Part shown: one piece after another, positions 8,923-17,799 of the stretch
Layout: every line of letters starts with the position of its first letter
How positions within the stretch are numbered: position 1 is the stretch's first letter
Assembly (NCBI GenBank): GCA_021203815.1
Contig: JAJQAL010000022.1
Location: 1-62,516, forward strand
Direction of reading: 5' to 3'
Length of the DNA stretch: 62,516 nt
Origin: Coprobacillus sp.
GTDB lineage: Bacteria > Bacillota_I > Bacilli_A > RFN20 > CAG-826
Translations under genes and position numbers: made by a program
Notes under the pieces: generated by a model
The model's input: only the letters and a program-made list of their open reading frames with translations
Database searches by the model: none
What the model was told of the DNA's origin: nothing

Positions 8923-10845
8923 CTAAATATCAAAGTAAATACGGTCCTGACTCTCCGCGTCAAAAATGTAGAGTTTATTAGGTTTCACTTTAAGTGAAAG
9001 CTTTTGTTCATTAGTTAAAGTCTCATCGGTCACAATGACCTTAAAGGTCTCAGTAGTGCAGCTAGGATTCTTCGCGACAATCGAGATATCACGACCGAGG
9101 ATTTGTATCATTTCTGCGTTAGCGTGGAGCGCTTTTTGGTCCTCTTCGGTGCCGATTTCAAATCCCTCAGGACGAATTGTCACATAGACTTCCTTCTCTT
9201 CATCACAGATTTTCTTTTTGGCTTCATAGATGACATCATCTCCAACAATGATTTGTTTTCCTTTGACCTTACCCATGAAGATATTAATCTGTGGATTTCC
9301 TAGGAAAGAGGCCACGAATAAGTTCGCGGGGTTATTATAAACCTCTTGAGGAGCGCCGATTTGCTGCATCACGCCTAGTCTCATAACAACGATGAGATCG
9401 GATATGGACATCGCTTCTTCTTGGTCGTGAGTAACGAAGACGGAAGTAATACCAGTTTCCTGCTGAATTCTTCTAATCTCTTCTCGGGTCTGTAGACGTA
9501 GACGGGCGTCGAGGTTAGATAGTGGTTCATCAAGAAGGAGCACTTTAGGTTTTTTAACTAGAGCACGGGCAATGGCCACTCTTTGCTGCTGGCCCCCAGA
9601 GAGCTGGGATGGCTTACGCTCTAAATATTCATCAACGTTAACGAGTTTTGCGGTGTCATAGACGATATCCCGTCTCTCCTCTTTAGTGAGTTTTCTATGA
9701 GTAATAGCCTGAGTGGTCTCAACGGAGAGATCGGCAAGAAGGAGTTCTTCTTTGAGGTATTTAACGATTTCATCAACTTTCTCTTGAGGAGCGCCGTTAA
9801 TCTTAAAGTAGATTTTGAACTTTTCTTCATCGAAGTAGAGTTTAAAATCAGAGTATTTAACATCTTTTGATTTGAAATAAGCTTTGAGGGTCTTTTCAAG
9901 GTCTTGGTCGCGCACATCAGTAATGAAATAGGTACGAGAGTTATGCTCATGAGCGTTATCAATAGCCTCAAGCGCTTCATCGACGTGATGGACATTGACT
10001 TCACTAAGCATCACCATAAGTTCAAAGCCGGTATGGAGGTGAGAAATAAGCGCACTACTAACCTTAAAGCCTTTCGCTTTAGCGGCGTTACGGCAGGCGT
10101 TAATCGTGTCATCAATCTTATTAGTGTCAAATTTATGACCAAGGTCAGATTTATAGGTAATATTAACGAGCTGATTTTCTCCAACTTTCGTGATGGTTGC
10201 TCTGACGGAGTTATCAAAGAGGGCATCACTAGTTTGAACTTTTTCTTCGTTAGTGAGCTCCGCGCTGATAATTTCTACCATGTGCTCTTTAAAAAGGGAG
10301 GCGGTATTTTCGCTTACATTAAGAAGAGTCACATGAAGATAGAGAATACCTTCACTTTCATTTGCGCTGACCTTGTATTCTTTTTTCTTTAAACCAATCT
10401 TTTGAAGGAGCGTTTCAACGGATTTACTAATACCGTCCACAACATCTCTCTTCTTAAGAGTGTATTTATAGTCAAAGTCAAACTGATAGAAGGTCTCAAG
10501 AGGGACTTCCACTTTGAGATTAGTGAGAGGGAATTCGATATTTTTATAAATAGTCATATGAGGATAGAGAGCGTAGTTTTGGAAGACGAGACCAATGCCT
10601 CTCTTTTCAGGAGCGAGGTTAGTGACCTCTTGGTCACCAAACCACACCTCACCAGAGGTAGGGGTTTGAAGTCCGCTGATCATATATAGCGTCGTGGACT
10701 TACCGCATCCAGATGGGCCAAGTAGTCCTACAAGCTTTCCATCAGGGACGGTAAAATCGAGGTCTTTAACCGCAGTGGTATCCCTAATGTTCTTTTTTGA
10801 ATCACCTAGGAATACTTTAGTAAGGTTTTTAATTCTAATTTCCAT
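8923..10845 (-). CDS. ABC transporter ATP-binding protein (MalK/UgpC family) with a ~275-aa insertion between the Q-loop and the signature motif
   Basis: Walker [10 protein letters not shown] (aa 43-51), Q-loop [11 protein letters not shown] (aa 87-97), signature LSGGQ (aa 415-419), Walker [12 protein letters not shown], and a C-terminal MalK-type regulatory/OB domain. Canonical proteins have about 40 aa between the Q-loop and LSGGQ. Confidence 0.9.
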   Translation of the reverse strand: MEIRIKNLTKVFLGDSKKNIRDTTAVKDLDFTVPDGKLVGLLGPSGCGKSTTLYMISGLQTPTSGEVWFGDQEVTNLAPEKRGIGLVFQNYALYPHMTIYKNIEFPLTNLKVEVPLETFYQFDFDYKYTLKKRDVVDGISKSVETLLQKIGLKKKEYKVSANESEGILYLHVTLLNVSENTASLFKEHMVEIISAELTNEEKVQTSDALFDNSVRATITKVGENQLVNITYKSDLGHKFDTNKIDDTINACRNAAKAKGFKVSSALISHLHTGFELMVMLSEVNVHHVDEALEAIDNAHEHNSRTYFITDVRDQDLEKTLKAYFKSKDVKYSDFKLYFDEEKFKIYFKINGAPQEKVDEIVKYLKEELLLADLSVETTQAITHRKLTKEERRDIVYDTAKLVNVDEYLERKPSQLSGGQQQRVAIARALVKKPKVLLLDEPLSNLDARLRLQTREEIRRIQQETGITSVFVTHDQEEAMSISDLIVVMRLGVMQQIGAPQEVYNNPANLFVASFLGNPQINIFMGKVKGKQIIVGDDVIYEAKKKICDEEKEVYVTIRPEGFEIGTEEDQKALHANAEMIQILGRDISIVAKNPSCTTETFKVIVTDETLTNEQKLSLKVKPNKLYIFDAESQDRIYFDI

Positions 10846-10868
10846 ATTCTCATTATCTCCTCTCTATA

Positions 10869-12953
10869 TTAACCGATTTGCTCGGTTCCAGTTCCATCAT
10901 CATCTTCATCTTCATTAAGTTTAAGTCTTTCGACTTCTTTTCTATGTCTCGCCGCTTTACCCGCCAGCCAGAAGTAGCGGATATAATAACCAATAGCGAT
11001 AATAGATAGAATGGCAAATACGAAGACATAGGGATCCGTTGGATTAAAGGTAACAATCGCATTATTAAAGGGGAATACTCTAATAAGAGTAAACACGGTA
11101 AAGAAGAGGAGTGACCCAATCCAAATGAAGGCAAGAATAGCCTGATTTATAAAGTGCCTCGTATTCATCCTTCTAAATTCATCGTTTTTATACTTATTCT
11201 TTAAATAGAAATATAAACCGATAGTAATGGCAAGGAAGACCACGACATAGCCAACGGCAACTAGACCCACAATAAGGCTATAGTTAGTAACGCCTGGAGA
11301 TTCAGTTACTAAGTCCATGGCATTTACAATGCCAAAACGAGTTTCAATACTACTCTTAGTGACAATTGCGTTACGAGACTGGTTAAATAAATCAATCGTA
11401 ATACGAACGCCGACAAGTTCTATCTTTCTTGCTCGATCAATACTAAAATCATTAGCGATATCTTTATCTTTAATTATAAAGGCGAGACTAGTCTCTTTCT
11501 TTGTGGTGAACTCAGTGTATGACACCGGGGTCTCCACTCTCTTATCGACAGTGACCAGTTCGTCATTAGAATCGAGATACGTAATGCGATAATACATACT
11601 ATTTAGTGAGGTAAGACGGTATCTAAGTTTAAGAGTGCCATCTTCTAGATAAGGGATATTTTGAACATAAGTCGCATGATTTAATTCATCATAGATTTCA
11701 ACATCCGCTTTTTTAACGTTCATAACAAAAGTGGAATAACCACTGAATTTATTAAGAGAACCAAATGAGTATTCAATATAGTTACTAATATCATCTTCAA
11801 CGGTATAGGAAAGAGTGGGGATAGTATAAAGCTGTCCCACAGTTCCGGTTACATTGCCATCAGCATCAGTAACGGGAAACTCTAAATCTGGATAATAAGA
11901 GGTTTCTCCTCTTGTGGCGTTATAAATATTAAAGAAGATTAAGGAGTCAGCGTTAATAGTCTCGTTATCGGAAAGCTCGATATCAAAATATAAAACAAGA
12001 TTAGTTTGTCCAAGCGATTTCCCAATTCCATCAAAGGAACGGTTAGAGGAGGTCACAGGGAAATATTCAATTCTTGTTTCAAGGTATTCGCCTTCATAAT
12101 AGACATCATATTGGAGTCCTATTCGAAGATCATCTTCATAGTCTCCATCATAAGTTTCTTCGCTTCCTAAGAAGAAGTTAGTTTTTTTATCCGCGGAGTC
12201 ACTATTACCAACGCTATAAGAAACATCTCCCGAGGCATAGCCTGCCCAGGTGATGGTGGTGCCGTCTGGGAAGACCGATAAATCAAACTCAACTTGAGAG
12301 GCATCATCAAAGCCAAGAATAAACTCCACTCCGGAATTTTCTAGGTTAATAAAGGCGTCTTCATCAATTTCCGTAATAGTGGATGGAATATAAATAGAGT
12401 TAAGCCCGCTGACCGCATCATCATCGACGAGATGAGAGCCAATCGACTCAACCGAAATAATTGCTCTCGTTCCGTGTGTCATTCTATAAGGAATAACAAT
12501 ATCGGCTTGTCCTTTTATTATTTCAAAGGCATAGCCAATATAGATAGGACGCTCTTCTTCGTTCTCTATTGGATCTAGATCAGCGATATCAATATTATCG
12601 TTAATAGCGATATAGATATATTTTTGACTACTTCTATTGGAGAAATAGTAGGGTATTTCTGTGGCAAAAGTTGCGGTGTAACTTTGGCTTGTTGGAGTGC
12701 TTGTGGAAGTACTAATTCGGCAGGATAATTGCTCAGCATCAACTTCTGTTGCCGTCTCCCAGCCAGGGAAGTAGAGACTAAAATCACTAGGACTATCCTT
12801 ATGATAGGCCTCTTTCACTGAAGTCATAATAACATTACTACTTTCCTTAGGAGTGCTCGTATTCGTCTCAGCGCCTTCTAAAGAACAGCCCGCGCAGAGC
12901 AAAACAAAAAAAGAGGTTATAATATTAGGTAATAATCTCTTCTCTTTTGTCAT
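10869..12953 (-). CDS. Large lipoprotein with a C-terminal multi-TM anchor (function unknown)
   Basis: Lipobox CAG|C. A ~540-aa extracytoplasmic region includes one BspA-type LRR-like unit (IYIPSTITEIDEDAF). Three or four C-terminal hydrophobic helices and an acidic tail. It ends 23 nt upstream of the ABC ATPase gene. Confidence 0.75.
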   Translation of the reverse strand: MTKEKRLLPNIITSFFVLLCAGCSLEGAETNTSTPKESSNVIMTSVKEAYHKDSPSDFSLYFPGWETATEVDAEQLSCRISTSTSTPTSQSYTATFATEIPYYFSNRSSQKYIYIAINDNIDIADLDPIENEEERPIYIGYAFEIIKGQADIVIPYRMTHGTRAIISVESIGSHLVDDDAVSGLNSIYIPSTITEIDEDAFINLENSGVEFILGFDDASQVEFDLSVFPDGTTITWAGYASGDVSYSVGNSDSADKKTNFFLGSEETYDGDYEDDLRIGLQYDVYYEGEYLETRIEYFPVTSSNRSFDGIGKSLGQTNLVLYFDIELSDNETINADSLIFFNIYNATRGETSYYPDLEFPVTDADGNVTGTVGQLYTIPTLSYTVEDDISNYIEYSFGSLNKFSGYSTFVMNVKKADVEIYDELNHATYVQNIPYLEDGTLKLRYRLTSLNSMYYRITYLDSNDELVTVDKRVETPVSYTEFTTKKETSLAFIIKDKDIANDFSIDRARKIELVGVRITIDLFNQSRNAIVTKSSIETRFGIVNAMDLVTESPGVTNYSLIVGLVAVGYVVVFLAITIGLYFYLKNKYKNDEFRRMNTRHFINQAILAFIWIGSLLFFTVFTLIRVFPFNNAIVTFNPTDPYVFVFAILSIIAIGYYIRYFWLAGKAARHRKEVERLKLNEDEDDDGTGTEQIG

Positions 12954-13065
12954 TTATTTAAATCCCCCTCCAAATGAGGGAAATATGTCTTTTTTCGTTA
13001 TCAGCAGGATACTTATTAAATAACATATTTCTTGCCGCCTCTAATATACTAAAATAATAAATATT

Positions 13066-14121
13066 TTATTTCAAGTCTCTATGTGAAAAATTAACAGGCT
13101 CTTTTCTCGCGGTTACTAAATCCGCCCTAATCTGGTCATACTCATCATAAATATTATTATCTTGGGTGGAAACCTGGACTAAATTAAGACAGAAATCTGG
13201 GAAGCCCTGCTTATTACGGGAGAACGCCATCATCGAGAAGGAAATGATAATTGGAATCCCAAATGTAAAAACTGAAAGTATTAATATAAAGAAATAGAAG
13301 ATAAGGAAACGGGCAAGTGATCTCTTCCAGCTGGGATTAAGAAGGCGCTTATCAATAGTCCCGATATGATAGATAGCTTGACCGAAGGTTTTTCTTCCTT
13401 TTCTAAAGATAAGGGTGGGCAAGTAAAAGGATAAAACACCAGATATTAGAAAAGCGGGAAGTATTTCAGCGTAGATTAAAACATTAGACATGTATTTAGT
13501 GAGGTCATAGTAGTTAGGCACCGCGACGACTAAATAGCCTTGAAGGACTTCGTCTATATAATAGGTATAAAATTCATCAAAATATCCAGCGGAGGTAACA
13601 ATGCTATAGGCCGTGGTGTTAATAGTTATCTCTCCATCTTCATCAATAATAAAATAGTGATTCCCATATTTATCTACGAATTTATCGGAGAGTCTCTCCT
13701 CATCATAGGTCGCTCTAATCATGGAAGCGGTCTGTTCATCGCATCTATCATCACAGAAAGAGAGGAAGGTATCGATGGCGTCTTGAGCTTCCCTAAGTCT
13801 AGCATATCCTGATATGTCCACTCGGTTGAGATAAGCAATGATATCAATCATCCCGTAGTCCGCATGATCAATATAAAGACCGGACTCCACTCTTGCGGAG
13901 GTAAGCTCTTCGTTATTCTCTTTATAGGTATCCGTAGAAATAACAATTCCACGACAGGAGATAAAAAGGAGAAAAAAGATAACAAGAAAGATAATAAAAT
14001 CAATAACTCCCGCCATAACGCGTTTCCAAAACTTAGGGTTCGCATACTGAATCTCTATTTTGTCAGAGGGCCTCATGGCAATATGAGGGTCATAGTTATT
14101 ATAAAGATCGTCTTCACTCAT
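13066..14121 (-). CDS. RDD-family membrane protein with an inserted ~150-aa ectodomain (paralogue B)
   Basis: RDD-like N-terminus (WKRVMAGVIDFIIF), a later RKGRKTFGQAIYHIGTID motif, and three or four TM helices. The ATGA overlap with the upstream paralogue indicates coupling. Confidence 0.7.
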   Translation of the reverse strand: MSEDDLYNNYDPHIAMRPSDKIEIQYANPKFWKRVMAGVIDFIIFLVIFFLLFISCRGIVISTDTYKENNEELTSARVESGLYIDHADYGMIDIIAYLNRVDISGYARLREAQDAIDTFLSFCDDRCDEQTASMIRATYDEERLSDKFVDKYGNHYFIIDEDGEITINTTAYSIVTSAGYFDEFYTYYIDEVLQGYLVVAVPNYYDLTKYMSNVLIYAEILPAFLISGVLSFYLPTLIFRKGRKTFGQAIYHIGTIDKRLLNPSWKRSLARFLIFYFFILILSVFTFGIPIIISFSMMAFSRNKQGFPDFCLNLVQVSTQDNNIYDEYDQIRADLVTARKEPVNFSHRDLK

Positions 14122-15242
14122 ACTTTATATCCTTTTGCTCGGTAAACCTCATCAAGTGAGTCCGTAGATATTAAAACACTTCTCGATAGTTTATCAAATA
14201 GTGATTGATTAAAATTAGAAAACAGCAAAACAATAAGAGAGACAAAAAGCACAAGTAAAGAAATAAACGTTAGCATCATAAACTGCCCGTTCCCTAATCC
14301 AAATAAATAGTTAAAGTTAACTGTGGGCCACCCAATAAACATAATAAAGGCGAGGTTAGAGATAAGAGAATAAATAGAATTAATTGCGACCTCTCCCTTC
14401 TTTACAAGGTAGAGGTTATTAATGCCCACTCTCTCGACATGCATAACAAGCATCGCAATCGTTTTTCCGTGCTTATTACAAAGGGGAATGACCAAATAAC
14501 ACACTAGCGTAGTAATAAAATATGTGACATAAGTGGCTATAACCACTAGCGTGTCAATCTGACCAACAAGGTATTCCATCCTCTCATCAATCTCATTATA
14601 AGACATTCCATTATAAGTAAGATCATTAACAGCGATATCTTCCACCATATCATCAAAGGCCGTTTCAAAGAAATCTTCAATTATATCATCATAAAGCTCT
14701 TCTCCAGCGTTAGAGATGACGTCTCCCACCGTGTACATTGGAATAAGAAGCTCTATATATTCGTCATATAGTTTAGGGACGTCATTAACCACTTCAAAAT
14801 AAATGGAATCAGAGTAGACACTTAGATAAGTTGTCTCATCCCCTCTTATATCGAGATAATATGTCTTATAAATATCGTATTCTTCCCCTTCTCCTGTGAC
14901 ATAATACTCAATGAATTTAGTCGCGGTGTAATACTCACTATTTTCTAGATACGCTTTATCATTAACATCTTCGTAGTAGAGAAGACCGTTTCCCCATAAG
15001 ATATCTGCGATATCTAGCTCTCTATCATACATCTCCGTGGAGTAGTCTTTATAGTGGCCCGCGGCCTTAGTTATCGGCATCACCACGATATTCATAAGAA
15101 GCATCGCCATAATGAGATTAATAAAAAAGTCCGCGAGAAAAACAAGAATCCTTCTTCCTTTCTTAAGGGGATTAATATTTATCTCATTTGGTCTAGTTTC
15201 CTGACCGTATTTATCGTAAAGCTCTATATCATCCTTAGGCAT
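14118..15242 (-). CDS. RDD-family membrane protein with an inserted acidic ectodomain (paralogue A)
   Basis: GRRILVFLADFFINLIM N-terminal RDD-like motif and NKHGKTIAMLVMHVERVG. Same architecture as the 351-aa neighbour. It starts 10 nt after the Fic stop. Confidence 0.7.
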   Translation of the reverse strand: MPKDDIELYDKYGQETRPNEININPLKKGRRILVFLADFFINLIMAMLLMNIVVMPITKAAGHYKDYSTEMYDRELDIADILWGNGLLYYEDVNDKAYLENSEYYTATKFIEYYVTGEGEEYDIYKTYYLDIRGDETTYLSVYSDSIYFEVVNDVPKLYDEYIELLIPMYTVGDVISNAGEELYDDIIEDFFETAFDDMVEDIAVNDLTYNGMSYNEIDERMEYLVGQIDTLVVIATYVTYFITTLVCYLVIPLCNKHGKTIAMLVMHVERVGINNLYLVKKGEVAINSIYSLISNLAFIMFIGWPTVNFNYLFGLGNGQFMMLTFISLLVLFVSLIVLLFSNFNQSLFDKLSRSVLISTDSLDEVYRAKGYKV

Positions 15243-15252
15243 AACTATATTA

Positions 15253-16323
15253 TTAACCTTTATATTCTTTATTCCTTATATAAGTTGCTCCCTTAGTAGT
15301 ACCAATTTTAATTATTTTTCCCTCTTTAAGTAGTTTTTTTATTTCCGCGGTTATTGTACTTTTAGAAACACCAATAAGAATAGAAGATACCTCAGCATTT
15401 GAAAGTGGAATTGATGAGGACATGATAAGATCTTCTACCTGCTTCGATTTATTGCCTTCACTACTTTCTAATGTAATAAATTTCTCTTCAAATTCTTGAT
15501 AGCAGAGTCGAAGTATTTCAAAAAAATAAATAATAAAGGGAGTATAGTCATTATTATTCTCGTGCCACCCTACTGAAGAAGCCTGCAGAGCATCATAATA
15601 TCGATTTTTATTTTCGTTAATTACTCTTTCGAAAGAGATATATTTTTGTACATCAATGTCACATTGATATAAGAGGAGACTTGTAATAAGACGAGACATT
15701 CTCCCATTTCCGTCAAGAAATGGGTGAATACAAAGGAAATCTAGAATAACACAAGGAATCAATAATAAGTTGTTAACACTGCTATCGCTTCTCGCATCCA
15801 TAAAAGCGAGATAAAGTTGTTCCATAGCCACCGGCGTGTCAATAGCACTTACAGGATTCCACACAACAAATCGCTGATTTGTTTCCTTATTGAAGCCTGA
15901 AATAAAGTTATCATATGGTTTATAGCAGCCTCGAACACGAGCATCTTCATCCACAAGGCTTAATAATAAACTATGGAAACCAAGAACATCTTTTTCACAA
16001 AAATCTAAATTTTCATGATCAGAGTGAATGAGATCGAGCACTAATTGATATCCTTTAATTTCTGCTTCATCATGACCTTTAGGAGTAACATCAAACTCAA
16101 TAAGTTTTTTAATTCTTGTATCAGTGCTATAGATTCCTTCAATAGCATTAGATGCTTTTACAGACTCAAAAACGGCGATACGTGAAAACTTATCAATAAC
16201 AGAACTATATTTTTCTTTATAAAAGGACTCTTTCCCTTTTACTTCATAAATAGTTCTTAGATAGTTTAATAGTGTCGCGTTAGTGGGAAAATCTTTAAGA
16301 AAAGAATAATCAAATTTATGCAT
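15253..16323 (-). CDS. Fic-family protein (class II, with an N-terminal inhibitory helix) and a C-terminal winged-helix domain
   Basis: Complete Fic motif HPFLDGNGRMSR (aa 200-211, nt 15691-15726). Inhibitory-helix motif SNAIEG (aa 58-63). C-terminal wHTH-like LSNAEVSSILIGVSKSTITAEIKKLLKEGKI. Confidence 0.92.
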   Translation of the reverse strand: MHKFDYSFLKDFPTNATLLNYLRTIYEVKGKESFYKEKYSSVIDKFSRIAVFESVKASNAIEGIYSTDTRIKKLIEFDVTPKGHDEAEIKGYQLVLDLIHSDHENLDFCEKDVLGFHSLLLSLVDEDARVRGCYKPYDNFISGFNKETNQRFVVWNPVSAIDTPVAMEQLYLAFMDARSDSSVNNLLLIPCVILDFLCIHPFLDGNGRMSRLITSLLLYQCDIDVQKYISFERVINENKNRYYDALQASSVGWHENNNDYTPFIIYFFEILRLCYQEFEEKFITLESSEGNKSKQVEDLIMSSSIPLSNAEVSSILIGVSKSTITAEIKKLLKEGKIIKIGTTKGATYIRNKEYKG

Positions 16324-16325
16324 TG

Positions 16326-16471
16326 TATCTAAATATTCCTCCTTTTTTAGTTATTTTATCATATATTTATCTAAATAACTACTTTAATTCGATATAATTA
16401 AAATTTTATTTAGGTATTTTGAAGCAAAAATATCTAAAAAATTAAATATTCGTGGTATTTTTATCTAAATA
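16326..16471 (-). repeat. Reiterated 10-mer TATTTAGATA (minus-strand reading) in the Fic promoter/5' UTR
   Basis: Plus-strand TATCTAAATA occurs at 16326-35, 16366-75 and 16462-71. TATCTAAAAA occurs at 16431-40. An inverted 9/10 copy TATTTAGGTA lies at 16407-16. A candidate extended -10 (TGATAAAAT, revcomp of 16351-59) sits beside the 16366 copy. Confidence 0.75.
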
Positions 16472-16501
16472 AACAAAAACCCTAGTTCATCGCTAGGGTT
16501 T
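16470..16501 (-). terminator. Intrinsic terminator of tuf / the str operon
   Basis: Perfect 9-bp stem AAACCCTAG/CTAGGGTTT (16477-85 / 16493-501, 7-nt loop). On the minus strand it is followed by TTTTTGTTT. Confidence 0.8.
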
Positions 16502-16526
16502 AATTCTAAGAGTAATTAACTAAATC

Positions 16527-17711
16527 TTATTTTAAGATTTCGTTAACGGTTCCCGCTCCTACGGTGTGGCCACCTTCACGGATTGAGAATCTCGTTCCCT
16601 TTTCAAGGGCAATTGGGTGAATAAGCTCAACGGTAAGCTCGACGTTATCACCAGGCATCACCATCTCGACACCCGCTGGAAGAGTAATCACTCCAGTAAC
16701 ATCAGTGGTACGGAAGTAGAACTGAGGACGATAGTTAGAGAGGAAGGCGGTGTGACGTCCACCCTCTTCTTTGGTGAGGACATAAACTTGACCTTTGAAT
16801 TTGGTATGAGGAGTCACAGTGCCAGGTTTAGCAAGGACTTGGCCTCTTTGGACTTGGTCACGGTTAACGCCACGGAGTAAGACACCGATATTATCACCCG
16901 CACGGGCTTCATCAAGAGTCTTTCTAAAGGACTCAAGACCAGTAATAACGGATTTGATGGTGGGTTTAATACCAACGATTTCGACTTCTTCACCGAGGTG
17001 AGCGGTTCCTCTTTCCACACGGCCGGTAACAACAGTACCACGGCCTTGAATGGTCATGGTGTCTTCAATAGCAAGAAGGAATGGCTTATCGATTTCACGG
17101 ACTGGAGTAGGAATATAGGTATCACAGGCATCGAGAAGATCGAGAATCTTCTTTTCTTCCGCGGGATCACCTTCAAGGGCTTTCTTCGCAGATCCACGAA
17201 TGACTGGAACTTCGTCTCCAGGGAAACCGTACTGGTTAAGTAGGTCACGGACATCCATCTCAACTAAGTCGAGAAGCTCATCATCATCCACCATATCAGT
17301 CTTATTGATATAGACAATGATATAAGGCACTCCAACCTGACGAGCGAGAAGAATGTGCTCTCTAGTCTGAGGCATAACGCCGTCGGTAGCGGCGACAACG
17401 AGGATGGCACCATCCATCTGAGCCGCACCAGTAATCATATTTTTGACATAGTCAGCGTGCCCTGGGCAGTCAACGTGGGCATAGTGACGTTTCGCGGTGG
17501 AGTACTCGATGTGAGCGGTATTAATCGTAATACCACGAGCCTTCTCTTCTGGAGCGGAGTCAATTTGCTCGTAGGAAGTCTTAACAGCGCCGCCTGTCTT
17601 GGATAAAACAGAAGTAATCGCCGCAGTTAATGTGGTTTTACCATGGTCAACGTGGCCAATAGTACCGATATTAACGTGCTCTTTAGATCTGTCAAATTTT
17701 GCTTTTGCCAT
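16527..17711 (-). CDS. tuf: Elongation factor Tu
   Basis: Full-length EF-Tu with [17 protein letters not shown] and NKTD motifs. SD GAAAGGAG upstream. Confidence 0.99.
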   Translation of the reverse strand: MAKAKFDRSKEHVNIGTIGHVDHGKTTLTAAITSVLSKTGGAVKTSYEQIDSAPEEKARGITINTAHIEYSTAKRHYAHVDCPGHADYVKNMITGAAQMDGAILVVAATDGVMPQTREHILLARQVGVPYIIVYINKTDMVDDDELLDLVEMDVRDLLNQYGFPGDEVPVIRGSAKKALEGDPAEEKKILDLLDACDTYIPTPVREIDKPFLLAIEDTMTIQGRGTVVTGRVERGTAHLGEEVEIVGIKPTIKSVITGLESFRKTLDEARAGDNIGVLLRGVNRDQVQRGQVLAKPGTVTPHTKFKGQVYVLTKEEGGRHTAFLSNYRPQFYFRTTDVTGVITLPAGVEMVMPGDNVELTVELIHPIALEKGTRFSIREGGHTVGAGTVNEILK

Positions 17712-17753
17712 GATTAATATCTCCTTTCAAATTTGTAACTTTGCGTATTCTTC

Positions 17754-17782
17754 ATTTTAAAGCATTTCATATTTATAATCAA
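17754..17782 (-). promoter_or_regulatory. Candidate internal sigma-70 promoter for tuf in the fusA-tuf spacer
   Basis: Minus strand reads TTGATT (17782-77), a 17-nt spacer, then TAAAAT (17759-54). AT-rich context, so chance matches are possible. Confidence 0.4.
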
Positions 17783-17799
17783 TATTCCCTATGGAATAA

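Noticed and set aside
15253-17711. Fic gene adjacent to tuf, with EF-Tu as the target by analogy with Doc phosphorylating EF-Tu.
   Set aside because: A strong terminator and a promoter region separate the two genes. The Fic motif is the canonical AMPylation type rather than the Doc variant. The adjacency alone is most likely coincidental.
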